DNA from: an uncultured Ponticaulis sp.
Lineage (GTDB): Bacteria; Pseudomonadota; Alphaproteobacteria; Caulobacterales; Hyphomonadaceae
DNA length: 64,000 bases
Reading direction: 5' to 3'
Assembly (NCBI GenBank): GCA_963678615.1
Contig: OY782947.1
Coordinates: forward strand, 2,118,688 to 2,182,687
Shown here: positions 19,391 to 28,830 of the stretch, piece by piece
Position numbering within the stretch: position 1 is the first letter of the stretch
Layout: each line of letters begins with the position of its first letter
Made by a program: the position numbers and the translations under genes
The notes under the pieces: model-generated
The model's database searches: none
What the model saw: only the letters and a program-made list of their open reading frames with translations
What the model was told of the DNA's origin: nothing

Positions 19391-20133
19391 ATCAGTAGCT
19401 TCAACGCTTCATTCAGCGTCACGCCAATTTCAGCATTGATGACGAGGTCTGCAATCGGGTCCTGATCCGTTGGTTCACGGTTGAGGATGACATATTTTGC
19501 ACCGGTCTGTTTGGCGATGATCGGGATGTTCGCCGCCGGATACACCACCAGCGATGATCCGATAGCAATACAAAGATCGCACGCATGAGCGGCGGCTTCC
19601 GCCAGCATGACCTCATCTTCCGGCATGGCCTGACCAAAGGAAATCGTCGCCGATTTCAGCAAGCCCTCACAGACGTCACAGGTCAGATCTTCGCCCGCTT
19701 CATAGCGCGGCTTCAATCCGTCAAAACTATAGGTCTGCCCGCAGTCCAGACATTTGGCGTAAGAGGCATTGCCGTGGATTTCGACCACCATTTCGTCACG
19801 TACGCCGGAATCCTGATGCAGATTGTCGACATTCTGGGTGACGATCATTTTCACCTTGCCCATATCGACCAGGGTTTTCAGCGCCAAATGCCCTGAATTC
19901 GGAGCAGCGCCTGTCCAGCCCGCCGTTTTGTTGTAAACGCGGTCCCACGCCTCTTTGCGCTTTTCACGAGAGGCGACAAAGTCCTGAAAGTAAATCGGTT
20001 GCATCTTGGTCCAGACACCACCCGGACTGCGAAAATCAGGAATGCCGCTTTCGGTGGAGATACCCGCGCCGGTGAACACCATGATATTGCGCGCTTCACT
20101 GATCAGATTTGCCAAAGCCTGAGCGTCAGACAT
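19387..20133 (-). CDS. cobB: NAD-dependent protein deacylase (Sir2/CobB family)
   Basis: TGAGISTESGIPDFRSPGG, TQNVDNLH, EIHG, CxxC...CxxC, GSSLVVYPAA. Confidence 0.93.
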   Translation of the reverse strand: MSDAQALANLISEARNIMVFTGAGISTESGIPDFRSPGGVWTKMQPIYFQDFVASREKRKEAWDRVYNKTAGWTGAAPNSGHLALKTLVDMGKVKMIVTQNVDNLHQDSGVRDEMVVEIHGNASYAKCLDCGQTYSFDGLKPRYEAGEDLTCDVCEGLLKSATISFGQAMPEDEVMLAEAAAHACDLCIAIGSSLVVYPAANIPIIAKQTGAKYVILNREPTDQDPIADLVINAEIGVTLNEALKLLI

Positions 20134-20191
20134 GTCGTATCCCTCCCTGACTGTTGTTCGGGATCAGATTAGCTGCGCTTACCGGAACGGT

Positions 20192-20332
20192 CTATCCAAA
20201 CCGACCAGGCTTGTGATCTTCCGGCTTGGGCGGAAAAGCGCCTTGCTTGGCTTTCCAGTCTTTTCCCTTGTGAAGCCACATCACGCCAATGATTGCGACA
20301 ATCGCAATCGGTAAAACCACTATTGCAAGCAT
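20192..20332 (-). CDS. Small single-pass membrane protein, 46 aa, not in the ORF track
   Basis: MLAIVVLPIAIVAIIGVMWLHKGKDWKAKQGAFPPKPEDHKPGRFG*; starts 3 nt after the upstream stop and fills the gap before cobB. Confidence 0.6.
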   Translation of the reverse strand: MLAIVVLPIAIVAIIGVMWLHKGKDWKAKQGAFPPKPEDHKPGRFG

Positions 20333-20335
20333 TGC

Positions 20336-20623
20336 TTAAAACGCACCGCCATCACTGCCGCCAACATCATGGAACCCACTCGTTTCCGAGGGTTCCGAGG
20401 TGTCACCCCTGCCACCAAAAAGGACCGCGATCAACGCGACAATTCCGGAAAACACGATGGCGGTGATATGAAAGAGCGGCGCCATCATAAAGGCTTTGAA
20501 AACAGAGAGCCCGCCCTGCGCCGGGTCGGTCAACTGAATCAGAATGCCAAGCCCGATCGGGATAACCATCAGCATCAGATATGTCTGAAACAGTTTAATG
20601 ATGAATCGTTTCAGCATCCTCAC
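20336..20623 (-). CDS. Small hypothetical membrane protein (2 TM)
   Basis: Two hydrophobic helices and a G/D/S-rich tail; co-oriented in the operon. Confidence 0.65.
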   Translation of the reverse strand: MRMLKRFIIKLFQTYLMLMVIPIGLGILIQLTDPAQGGLSVFKAFMMAPLFHITAIVFSGIVALIAVLFGGRGDTSEPSETSGFHDVGGSDGGAF

Positions 20624-20674
20624 CCCACTCTCAACGTAACCGGGAAGATAATCTGAATCCGGACTAACCGCAAA

Positions 20675-21151
20675 TCACACTATCAGCAGCTCATTACAAA
20701 TCGCTTCGAGCCATTCCTGATCGACAGTATCGAAGGCGTTATAGTCGGTTGAATCGACATCGAGAACCGCAACGAGGTTTCCGTCTTTGTCGCGAACCGG
20801 AACCACAATTTCCGAGTTCGACCGGCTATCGCATGCAATATGGCCCGGAAAGGCGTGGACGTCCGGAACCAGCTGTGTTTCGCCGCTTTGCGCGCACGCT
20901 CCGCATACACCTTTGCCAAACGGAATGCGCAAACAGCCCAGCGTGCCGTTATACGGACCGACCACGAGTTCCTCTGGTTTGAGCGGGTCCACCACGTAAA
21001 ATCCGGTCCAGAAAAATCGCGGACGAAACGCTTCAGACAACAGGCAGGCTGTCGTTGCCAGACGAGCGGGCAGATAGGTTTCCCCGGCAACCACCGAAAG
21101 AATTTCATCCTTAAGGTCTGCGTATTTTTCGGCGCGATTATCAACAGTCAT
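20675..21151 (-). CDS. msrC: GAF domain protein, free methionine-(R)-sulfoxide reductase-like (MsrC/YebR)
   Basis: FWTGFY, LVVGPYNGTLGCLRIPFGKGVCG, DVHAFPGHIACD..SNSEIVVP, VLDVDS. Confidence 0.85.
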   Translation of the reverse strand: MTVDNRAEKYADLKDEILSVVAGETYLPARLATTACLLSEAFRPRFFWTGFYVVDPLKPEELVVGPYNGTLGCLRIPFGKGVCGACAQSGETQLVPDVHAFPGHIACDSRSNSEIVVPVRDKDGNLVAVLDVDSTDYNAFDTVDQEWLEAICNELLIV

Positions 21152-21221
21152 GAGACGGGCTTTCTGTAACAGGAGCCCGTCATGTGATCATGAAGTTTCA
21201 AAGGTCAAGACCGGGGCGCCG

Positions 21222-24200
21222 TTATAACGGACAACTGAGCGGGCTGTTCTCCCCGCCTGTGTTCTCATAGACCGTGAGCAAGTCGACAGCAGCAGCCGCC
21301 AATCGCCCAACACCCGCAAAGCAAGCAAGCCCAATCGCTTTGGCAATTTCACAAGCCATGCCCGCAATCACTTTCTGGACAGCAGGGGCAATGCCGCTCG
21401 CATCCATGAGGACCAGCGTGACGCTGACCGCTGCATACAATCGGGCAAGCCGCTGACCATAAGCGGCAACAATGCCAAGCGATGCACCCGCGATGCCGCC
21501 AATGGCACCGGTCCAGCCAACCACCATGATCAACAGGTTCAGGGCCGAGATAATCTCATCAATTTCTTTCAGCTGGCGCATAATGCGTTCTTCTTCGGCG
21601 CCGCCGCCGCTGCCATCGGAAAGCAGGCCATAAACTTCACCGGTTTCCCGGTCGACCGACCAGCTTGCCAGTGTCTGATAGTCCGACGCGGTGACATGAA
21701 TGGCCCCCTTGGGGAAGCGGGATTTGGCTTCTTTCTGGAAGCGGTGCCAGGCCGGTTCCATCTCCTCCGGGCCGGTCTCTCTTGCCGCCTTCAGGTCAAA
21801 GGCTGTCAGCTGTTTGCCTTGCAACAGACTGCGCGTGCTCTTTGAGAACAAAGCCGTTTCGCCATTGGCAAGTCGCAGGCTGGACAACATAGCCATTTCA
21901 ATCGCCGTGTTCTGATCTTTCGCCAGCGTGTAGGTTTTGCTGAACGGCATAATGTCGAGCTTGCGCACGAATTTGTCCGTTCCGATGACGGGATGCTCAG
22001 AATAATAGACCGTGCGAAGCCCCTGCTCAGAGAAGCAATAGCCCTCCCCCGCCCCTGGCATGGTGCGCGCCATAAAGGTAGCGAGCTCGCCCGGCAGATA
22101 GTCCACGCCCTCTTCCAGAACGGACATCATCTCATCGGCTGAATCGGCGTGGTCCTGTGAGGCCTGATACAAGTTCTCGACGCTGAGCTTTGCCTTCAAC
22201 ACATCATCCATCAGTGTCGAAATAGATGGTGCGGCCCCTTCAAACGCTATCAGATGTGAGCCGAACATTGCGCCATGGATCGCGCCGTAATCCTCTTCGG
22301 TCGGGGCATCGCCATTTCCGTCAAAACCCGCAATCAGGCGGGTGATGCTGTTACCCGACATGCGAACCGTGAGATAAATGCCCGCGATTTTCTTACCGAA
22401 GCGCTGAACGTCTGGCCGGGTGTAGTCGGCCTGAGCCGAGGCCGCACCGATCTTTGCTGTCACGATATGCTTACCGGCTGACTGATCCGGCGCACGATAA
22501 GATACCAGATATGGCAAGTCTGCCTCGCCAACTTCCAGATAGCGCGTCATCAGCGCTTCGATCTCGGACTGGTCTTCCTCGCTGACATTTACCGCTTCGC
22601 CGCCGGTTGCCCGCGCCATGGCGTCCATCACACTGTCAGCATTGCTTTCGCGACGCTTTTCCAGTTTGGACTTCACATCCATCATAATGGTCTTCGGACC
22701 ATTCGCGAGGCGTTCCAAAATGTCTTTTGACGGCCCGCCATTCACATCACCATCCGTGGCATAGACAATCAGGCTGTACTCACCTTGAGCGTATCTGGCG
22801 AGATTATGCCAAAGCGACGAATTCGTGCCCGTCACTGTGACTTTCGCGTCCGGGTGAATGGTTTTAGCAATTGCCTCAACGCGCTCGGACAAGGCTTTCA
22901 TCTGAGGGGCTTTACCGCCCCGAAAGGCCGTCGGCATGGAAAGCGACTCATCTGCCAGAAACAGAATATGGGGTGCGACTGAGGTATTATACAGACGAAC
23001 GGCAGCGGCTTGTTCCTGATCCGTGATGAGGAAGTCGCCAGCGCTCAGCCCATCGACCAGCTTTCCATTCTCATCGCGCGGCATGACCTTCAAACGTATA
23101 TCCGGAAAGTCCGTAGCTACCGTTTCAACGGTGACAGATCTGACGCGCCCGGCAAGGCCGCTCGGCTCCGGCGATGGCAGTTTCTCACCATTCTTGAGGA
23201 TCTCACCGGATTCTGTAACGGTGATGCGGTCCCCTTCCAGGGTGAAGGCATCCCCCATCCGGAACTTCTGATCCGGCTCGATAACTTCCCCGTCCAGCGC
23301 CTGCAAAGCCAGAACCGGAGAGAAGGTCCGCACATCTCCGATACGCGCACCGAGCATGGCAACGCTGTCCATTGCGGACTTAAAGCCGATACGAACTTGT
23401 CGCCCGGCAAGATCGTGACTGGTCCAGCGACCCTTCACCAGATCAATATGCTTATCGAGATCGTCATTCATTACCGCCGACAGTGTGATACTGACACCGG
23501 AACCGCCTGACAGTTTGCGGAAAGTCGTAGACGAATGACCGTCCGGCCAGGGTTTGAACTCACCATTCGGGCGAATCGGATCGGCGTAATAGCGCGTTCC
23601 GTCTTCTTCAGTGATTTCGACGACCGGCAGACCGCCCGTCCCTTTATAGCTGAGAACAGCATTTCCGATACGCGCCCTGGTATCGTCATCCAGCAACCCC
23701 ATGAGCTCCGGCGCGAGGGAGTCGATATCCCCTGCCTGTTCTTCAATGGTCGGCGGCGGCGGGTCCGTGTCAGGCTGGCCTAGGCGGCGCTTCCAGTCCT
23801 TTAGTTTGTCTCTGGAAAAATCAGGCTCGAAGGGTTGCTCATAGCTGCGAAAAAAAATGCCCTTTGTTTCGCCCTCATCAGGATTGTCGGCGTTAACGAC
23901 CCGCGCTTTGCGACCTGTCTTGCGGACAAGCTCAGCAAAGATTTCCGCCTTTTCCCGTGCGGTTCCTGCCCCGGCTCGTAAGGCTGCGCGTGTGCCTGTA
24001 TAGGCTTCATATCCATAGCGAAAACTGTTTTTCCGATTGGAGATCAGCCGGATCTCATCACGCACGAACCGGTGCAAGGCCTGTAGATCGCCTGCGGCAA
24101 CCAACCGGGCTGCGCGGCCCACTGTATGGTCGGGGCTGACGCGCAAAGCCGCCTGCACTTCGCGCCAGACAGAGAACGGCCCCGGCTCCGCCGCCGGTAA

Positions 24201-24323
24201 CGGCTCTTGCTTCTGACAGGCAGACAACGCTCCCGGCAGACCACCAATGACCACGCCTGTAACGCCGAGTTTCCATCCGCTGCCAAGTAAGGCACGCCTC
24301 GAAATACCGTTCAGTTCTGCCAT
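21222..24323 (-). CDS. Large Tat-exported lipoprotein (1033 aa): degenerate transglutaminase-like region, vWA domain, hydrophobic C-terminus
   Basis: SD gaggagga; SRRALL Tat motif, LSAC lipobox; ALRAGAGTAREKA...LVRKTGRKARVV; LFLADESLS MIDAS plus YATDG and ATGG; Gly-rich hydrophobic tail. Confidence 0.7.
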   Translation of the reverse strand: MAELNGISRRALLGSGWKLGVTGVVIGGLPGALSACQKQEPLPAAEPGPFSVWREVQAALRVSPDHTVGRAARLVAAGDLQALHRFVRDEIRLISNRKNSFRYGYEAYTGTRAALRAGAGTAREKAEIFAELVRKTGRKARVVNADNPDEGETKGIFFRSYEQPFEPDFSRDKLKDWKRRLGQPDTDPPPPTIEEQAGDIDSLAPELMGLLDDDTRARIGNAVLSYKGTGGLPVVEITEEDGTRYYADPIRPNGEFKPWPDGHSSTTFRKLSGGSGVSITLSAVMNDDLDKHIDLVKGRWTSHDLAGRQVRIGFKSAMDSVAMLGARIGDVRTFSPVLALQALDGEVIEPDQKFRMGDAFTLEGDRITVTESGEILKNGEKLPSPEPSGLAGRVRSVTVETVATDFPDIRLKVMPRDENGKLVDGLSAGDFLITDQEQAAAVRLYNTSVAPHILFLADESLSMPTAFRGGKAPQMKALSERVEAIAKTIHPDAKVTVTGTNSSLWHNLARYAQGEYSLIVYATDGDVNGGPSKDILERLANGPKTIMMDVKSKLEKRRESNADSVMDAMARATGGEAVNVSEEDQSEIEALMTRYLEVGEADLPYLVSYRAPDQSAGKHIVTAKIGAASAQADYTRPDVQRFGKKIAGIYLTVRMSGNSITRLIAGFDGNGDAPTEEDYGAIHGAMFGSHLIAFEGAAPSISTLMDDVLKAKLSVENLYQASQDHADSADEMMSVLEEGVDYLPGELATFMARTMPGAGEGYCFSEQGLRTVYYSEHPVIGTDKFVRKLDIMPFSKTYTLAKDQNTAIEMAMLSSLRLANGETALFSKSTRSLLQGKQLTAFDLKAARETGPEEMEPAWHRFQKEAKSRFPKGAIHVTASDYQTLASWSVDRETGEVYGLLSDGSGGGAEEERIMRQLKEIDEIISALNLLIMVVGWTGAIGGIAGASLGIVAAYGQRLARLYAAVSVTLVLMDASGIAPAVQKVIAGMACEIAKAIGLACFAGVGRLAAAAVDLLTVYENTGGENSPLSCPL

Positions 24324-24420
24324 GGTGGTCTCCTCCTCTTCCCCTGTTTTCACGTCAGAAACTTACAAAGCCGGACATTTTTTCTAAGCCCACCGAAGAC
24401 CTTTTACTTTCGATAGATCG

Positions 24421-24436
24421 TTGACGCGGACGTCAA
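24421..24436. promoter_or_regulatory. Palindromic operator TTGACG-CGGA-CGTCAA (LiuR-like)
   Basis: Perfect 6-4-6 inverted repeat between the two divergent Tat-lipoprotein genes. Confidence 0.62.
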
Positions 24437-24498
24437 TTTTGACTTGCGTCCGGACGGCGAAAGCGAAACACTCCACTCAAAAATACCGGGAGGAAAAA

Positions 24499-25989
24499 AT
24501 GACTCATATTACACGGCGTCAGGCGCTGGTTTCTGGTGGCGCGCTCGGCGCGTTTCTGCCTATGGCTGCGGCTTGCGCCCCCGCAAAGACGGCAAATGCC
24601 TCTCCGGACGAGAGCAAATTCACCGATGGTGTGCGCCTGGCTGAATTGATTGCCAAAGGCGAGTTGACGGCACTGGAAGCCGTTAACGCTGCGATTGATC
24701 GCGCAGAATCAGTCGAGCCAAAGATCAACGCGATTGCCAGCAAAATGTATGACAGTGCGCGCGACATGGCCGCCTCCACCCCACAAGGTCGACTGGGCGG
24801 TGTGCCGAGCTTCATCAAAGACCTGAATGACTGGAAAGGCGCGCCAACCTTTTATGGCAGTCAGGCGTTTAAAGGCTATATCGCCCAGTCCGACCATGAA
24901 ATTTCAATGGCCTGGCGCAAGGCTGGCATTATTCCAATCGGCAAATCGACCTCACCTGAGCTCGGTTTGACGGCGACCACTGAAACGCTGGTGACGGGCG
25001 CGTCTCGCAATCCGTGGAACACCGATCATTCAACCGGCGGATCATCTGGCGGTGCAGGCGCACTTGTCGCCGCACGTGTTGTACCTTTCGCGCATGCCAC
25101 CGATGGCGGCGGCTCTATCCGCATTCCAGCCAGCTGTAATGGTGTGTTCGGCCTGAAACCATCGCGCGGACGCACTTACCTTCGGGCCAGTGAGCCGCCT
25201 GTGCCAATTTCAGTCTCGCTGGCAGAGACCCTCACCGTTCGTGACAGTGTGGCGGTGTTCCGCGTCAATCAGACCGGCAATTATGATGACATTGGTGCAA
25301 TTTCCGGACCGTCAGAAAAGCGACTGAAGATCGGTCTTCTGACAATGCCGCCTTCCGGCAAGCCTGCTGATGCTGAAGTCGTTGCAGCAACCGAAAAAGC
25401 CGCCGCACTTTGTAACTCGCTTGGCCATGAGGTCGTGCCGTTTGCCTTCCCGGCTTCTTTCAGCACCGCGGAATTTGTCGAAAACTTTGTCCTCTACTGG
25501 TCCGCAGGCGCGGCAGAATTCGTCCAGCAGGCCAGCAAGTTTACCGGCAAACCGCCGGGACCAGATATTGTCGAGCCTCTGACGCTTCATCTGGCAGGTC
25601 ACTTCCAGAAAAACGCCGCAGCCTTTGGCGACGCAGTTGCTTATCTGAAGGGCTTTGAAGCCGTCTATGACAGCTGGTTTTCGAATATGGACATTCTTCT
25701 GACGCCAACCCTGCCGCATCTGCCGTTCAAGATTGGTGAGATCGGCCCGACCGTTGATCCAGAAGTGCATTTCTCAAAAGTGATCGACTATGCAACGTTC
25801 ACCCCGCTGATGAACGTATCCGGCGCAGCGAGCATGTCTGTGCCGCTCGGCTGGAGCACATCGGGTCTGCCAATCGGAATTATGTTCTCTGGCAAGCGCG
25901 GTGATGACGGCAAGCTTTACGGACTTGCTTACGAACTGGAACAGGCCGCTCCGTGGATCGACAACATCCCGCCGGTACATGCCAGCTGA
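24499..25989 (+). CDS. Amidase signature family enzyme with Tat lipoprotein signal
   Basis: TRRQAL...AAAC; IKDL (Lys), [20 protein letters not shown]. Start at ATG 24499 after ggagga. Confidence 0.92.
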   Translation: MTHITRRQALVSGGALGAFLPMAAACAPAKTANASPDESKFTDGVRLAELIAKGELTALEAVNAAIDRAESVEPKINAIASKMYDSARDMAASTPQGRLGGVPSFIKDLNDWKGAPTFYGSQAFKGYIAQSDHEISMAWRKAGIIPIGKSTSPELGLTATTETLVTGASRNPWNTDHSTGGSSGGAGALVAARVVPFAHATDGGGSIRIPASCNGVFGLKPSRGRTYLRASEPPVPISVSLAETLTVRDSVAVFRVNQTGNYDDIGAISGPSEKRLKIGLLTMPPSGKPADAEVVAATEKAAALCNSLGHEVVPFAFPASFSTAEFVENFVLYWSAGAAEFVQQASKFTGKPPGPDIVEPLTLHLAGHFQKNAAAFGDAVAYLKGFEAVYDSWFSNMDILLTPTLPHLPFKIGEIGPTVDPEVHFSKVIDYATFTPLMNVSGAASMSVPLGWSTSGLPIGIMFSGKRGDDGKLYGLAYELEQAAPWIDNIPPVHAS

Positions 25990-26049
25990 TCAACATTTGA
26001 GTGATTGACGGTAATCGGTTAGAAGCGGCGCTTTGTTACGATAAAGCGC

Positions 26050-27066
26050 ATGAAAAAAATCGATTACCGTTTCTCTGTAGCTCCCATGATGGACTGGACC
26101 GACCGGCATTGCCGGGCGTTTCATCGTGAGCTGTCGGACCATGCGCTGTTATACACCGAAATGGTGACAGCGGACGCGGTGATCCATGGCGACCGCGAGC
26201 GCCTGATCGGCTATTCCGATGCAGAACACCCTGTCGCGTTGCAATTGGGCGGAAACGAACCGGACAAGCTGGCCGAAGCCGCCCGTATCGTTGAAGATTT
26301 CGGCTATGACGAGGTCAATCTGAATTGCGGCTGCCCATCGGATCGGGTGCAGTCAGGCGCGTTTGGGGCGTGTCTGATGCGCGAGCCTGATCTGGTCGCT
26401 GACTGCCTGTCTACCATGCAAAAAGCCGTTTCCATCCCTGTCACGGTGAAGCACCGGATTGGCGTCGACGAAGATGACGAGCGCGACTGCGTGTATCGTT
26501 TTGTCGAAACGGTGACGGACAAATCAGACTGCACAGTCTTTATTGCCCATGCGCGCAAAGCCTGGCTGAAAGGACTAAGCCCGAAAGAAAACCGGGATAT
26601 TCCACCGCTCAATTATCCGCTGATTCATGAGCTGAAGTCAGACTTTCCCGATCTCACCATTGTTTTGAATGGCGGTCTGGCGACTGTCGATGACAGCCTG
26701 CCTCACCTTGCAAAACTGGACGGCGTCATGCTGGGGCGTGCGCCTTATCAGAACCCCTCGCTTATGCTTGAGGTCGATTCAAAAGTTTTTGGCGCACCGC
26801 AGAAACATGAGGACATGATTTCCGCCCTGCTTGCCTACCGGGAATATATCGTCCGTGCACTGGAAGCCGAAACCCCGCTGCACGGCATTACGCGGCATTT
26901 GCTGGGCTCTTTCAATGGCTTGCCCGGCGCGCGCCTTTGGCGTCGTCACCTGTCTGAAAACGCGCCACGAGCAGGCGCAGACATTACCGTTTTTGATACA
27001 GCGCTTGAATTTGTTCAGCGCTATCAGGACGAAGCCGAACCGATCACGAATGCGCAACCGGCGTAA
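26050..27066 (+). CDS. dusA: tRNA dihydrouridine(20/20a) synthase
   Basis: FSVAPMMDWTDRHCR, NLNCGCPSDRVQSGAFGACLM, HARKAWLKGLSPKENRDIPPL. Confidence 0.96.
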   Translation: MKKIDYRFSVAPMMDWTDRHCRAFHRELSDHALLYTEMVTADAVIHGDRERLIGYSDAEHPVALQLGGNEPDKLAEAARIVEDFGYDEVNLNCGCPSDRVQSGAFGACLMREPDLVADCLSTMQKAVSIPVTVKHRIGVDEDDERDCVYRFVETVTDKSDCTVFIAHARKAWLKGLSPKENRDIPPLNYPLIHELKSDFPDLTIVLNGGLATVDDSLPHLAKLDGVMLGRAPYQNPSLMLEVDSKVFGAPQKHEDMISALLAYREYIVRALEAETPLHGITRHLLGSFNGLPGARLWRRHLSENAPRAGADITVFDTALEFVQRYQDEAEPITNAQPA

Positions 27067-27109
27067 AACATCGCTTGCTCTGATCGATTTCGCCTGCGAC
27101 TAAGCGAAC

Positions 27110-27934
27110 ATGATCGAAACGCTTATCCCTTATCTTCCGCTGCTCGGAGCGCTCATCGTTGCGGGCCTGTTTGCAGGTCTCGTCGCCGGATTGTTCGGCA
27201 TTGGCGGCGGCGTCGTCATCGTGCCAACGCTGGCTTTTGTCTTCACACAGCTCGGCTATCCGGATGTCGCGATGCACTCTGCGGTCGGCTGTTCGCTGGC
27301 AACCATTGTGGCAACGTCACTTCGGTCGGCGAGCGCCCACCATAAACGCGGCGCGGTAGATATGGACGTGGTGAAAGGCTGGGTGCCGTTCATCATGATC
27401 GGTTCAATTCTTGGCGCACTGATTGCCGGTATGCTGCCTGCGGCAGGCATGCGCGGCGTTTTTGGCGGCGTCCTGTTCGTCATTGCTCTGCAGTTCATTT
27501 TCGGACGCCCGACCTGGAAGCTGGCAGATCAACTGCCGTCCGGCCTGCCGCGCATTGGCATTGCCTCGTCGCTCGGGGCGTTGTCAGGCATTATGGGCAT
27601 TGGCGGCGGCGTGTTCGGCGTGACGCTGATGACGCTGTGTGGCCACCCGGTTCACCGGGCGGTTGGCACAGCTGCTGCTTTTGGGGCCGCGATCGGTTTT
27701 CCGGCCGCAATAGGCTTTGCCTATACCGGCTGGGGCGTTGAAAATCGCCTGCCGCTGTCGATTGGTTATCTGAATGTGCCAGCCATTGTGATCATTGCTC
27801 TCCTGACGACCAGCATTGCCCCGCTTGGCGCGGCACTTGCCCATCGTCTGGATGCAACAACCCTTCGCCGCGTGTTTGGCGTCGTGACTGTAATTTTGTC
27901 AGCAAATATGTTGCGGGTGGCGTTCGGCTTTTAA
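27110..27934 (+). CDS. Sulfite exporter TauE/SafE family protein
   Basis: GLFGIGGGVVIVP, GIMGIGGG; about 8 TMs. Confidence 0.9.
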   Translation: MIETLIPYLPLLGALIVAGLFAGLVAGLFGIGGGVVIVPTLAFVFTQLGYPDVAMHSAVGCSLATIVATSLRSASAHHKRGAVDMDVVKGWVPFIMIGSILGALIAGMLPAAGMRGVFGGVLFVIALQFIFGRPTWKLADQLPSGLPRIGIASSLGALSGIMGIGGGVFGVTLMTLCGHPVHRAVGTAAAFGAAIGFPAAIGFAYTGWGVENRLPLSIGYLNVPAIVIIALLTTSIAPLGAALAHRLDATTLRRVFGVVTVILSANMLRVAFGF

Positions 27935-27942
27935 AGCGTGTC

Positions 27943-28467
27943 TCATTGACCGCGAATAATCATGGTCGAACCTCGAACTTCGTAAGACTTCAGCTCACTC
28001 ATAAAGCTCATTCCGAGCAATGATTGCTTGAGGTGTGCGTTTTCCAGAACCAGCGCGCCGACATTTTTCACAACGACATCGCCAATTTGCACTTCGTCCA
28101 GCATAACGACAGCGCCGCGTGTTTCCCCGCCAGCCGTGAAGACTTTGATATTATACTCAAGGTCGTCATCTTTGACGCCGAGGCGTTTCGCATCGGTCCG
28201 GGTCAGCGCAACGCTTTTGGCCCCTGTGTCGACCATGAATTTCACATGGACATTGTCGACCTTGGCATCCGCCCAGAAATGGCCGTCCTCTTTGCGCTTC
28301 AAAACAGCCGCGCGCGGACCGGGTGCTTCAGGGCGAAACGTATTGACGGCAACCTCTTCAACGACCTTCGTTTCTTTCTCGGAGCTGAAAAACGAATCGT
28401 TCATTTTCAGCGCTACCCAAAAGGCCGCGCACATGACCAGAAACAACGGAAAGAAAAAACGGGACAT
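27943..28467 (-). CDS. Clan AA aspartic protease (TIGR02281-like)
   Basis: DGHF, FMVDTGA, SLLGMSF; N-terminal TM. Confidence 0.92.
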   Translation of the reverse strand: MSRFFFPLFLVMCAAFWVALKMNDSFFSSEKETKVVEEVAVNTFRPEAPGPRAAVLKRKEDGHFWADAKVDNVHVKFMVDTGAKSVALTRTDAKRLGVKDDDLEYNIKVFTAGGETRGAVVMLDEVQIGDVVVKNVGALVLENAHLKQSLLGMSFMSELKSYEVRGSTMIIRGQ

Positions 28468-28478
28468 TCAGGTTACTT

Positions 28479-28676
28479 TCAGCCGAGTTTGCCGTCCGCA
28501 CGCAGTTCATCCAAACGCACGGGCAATGACTTCATAACGTCATCTCGTTGCTGTTCGGTATACCGCGACCATTGACTTATCTCTTTTAGTGTCCGCCCAC
28601 AGCCCAGACACCAGCCACTTGGTCCATCTATTGCACAAACCCGGATACAGGGTGTTTTCACAGCGATTGGTTTCAT
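28479..28676 (-). CDS. DUF1289 domain protein
   Basis: TPCIRVC...GWCLGCGRTLKEISQW. Confidence 0.92.
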   Translation of the reverse strand: MKPIAVKTPCIRVCAIDGPSGWCLGCGRTLKEISQWSRYTEQQRDDVMKSLPVRLDELRADGKLG

Positions 28677-28830
28677 GTGACTAATATGCAGGCAAAACAG
28701 TCTGTGTCACCTTCATGTTTGCCGACTATAATGGAAATGTCATATTTCCTATGTACGACGACCACTAATCACAGCTTTCTTTTTGCAGACAGACGCAATA
28801 GGAACTCTTTTTTCAAACCGGATTGTTAGA

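Noticed and set aside
26050-26200. dusA as an island integration hotspot
   Set aside because: No integrase, no duplicated dusA 5' fragment and no compositional break next to it.
28733-28749. ggaaat-gtcat-atttcc inverted repeat between DUF1289 and cobT
   Set aside because: Single 6-bp-arm repeat with no second copy seen; too weak to call.
3739-28750. Identical 12-mer gtcatatttcct at 3739 and 28739
   Set aside because: On the order of 100 chance 12-mer pairs are expected in 64 kb, and the flanks do not extend the match.
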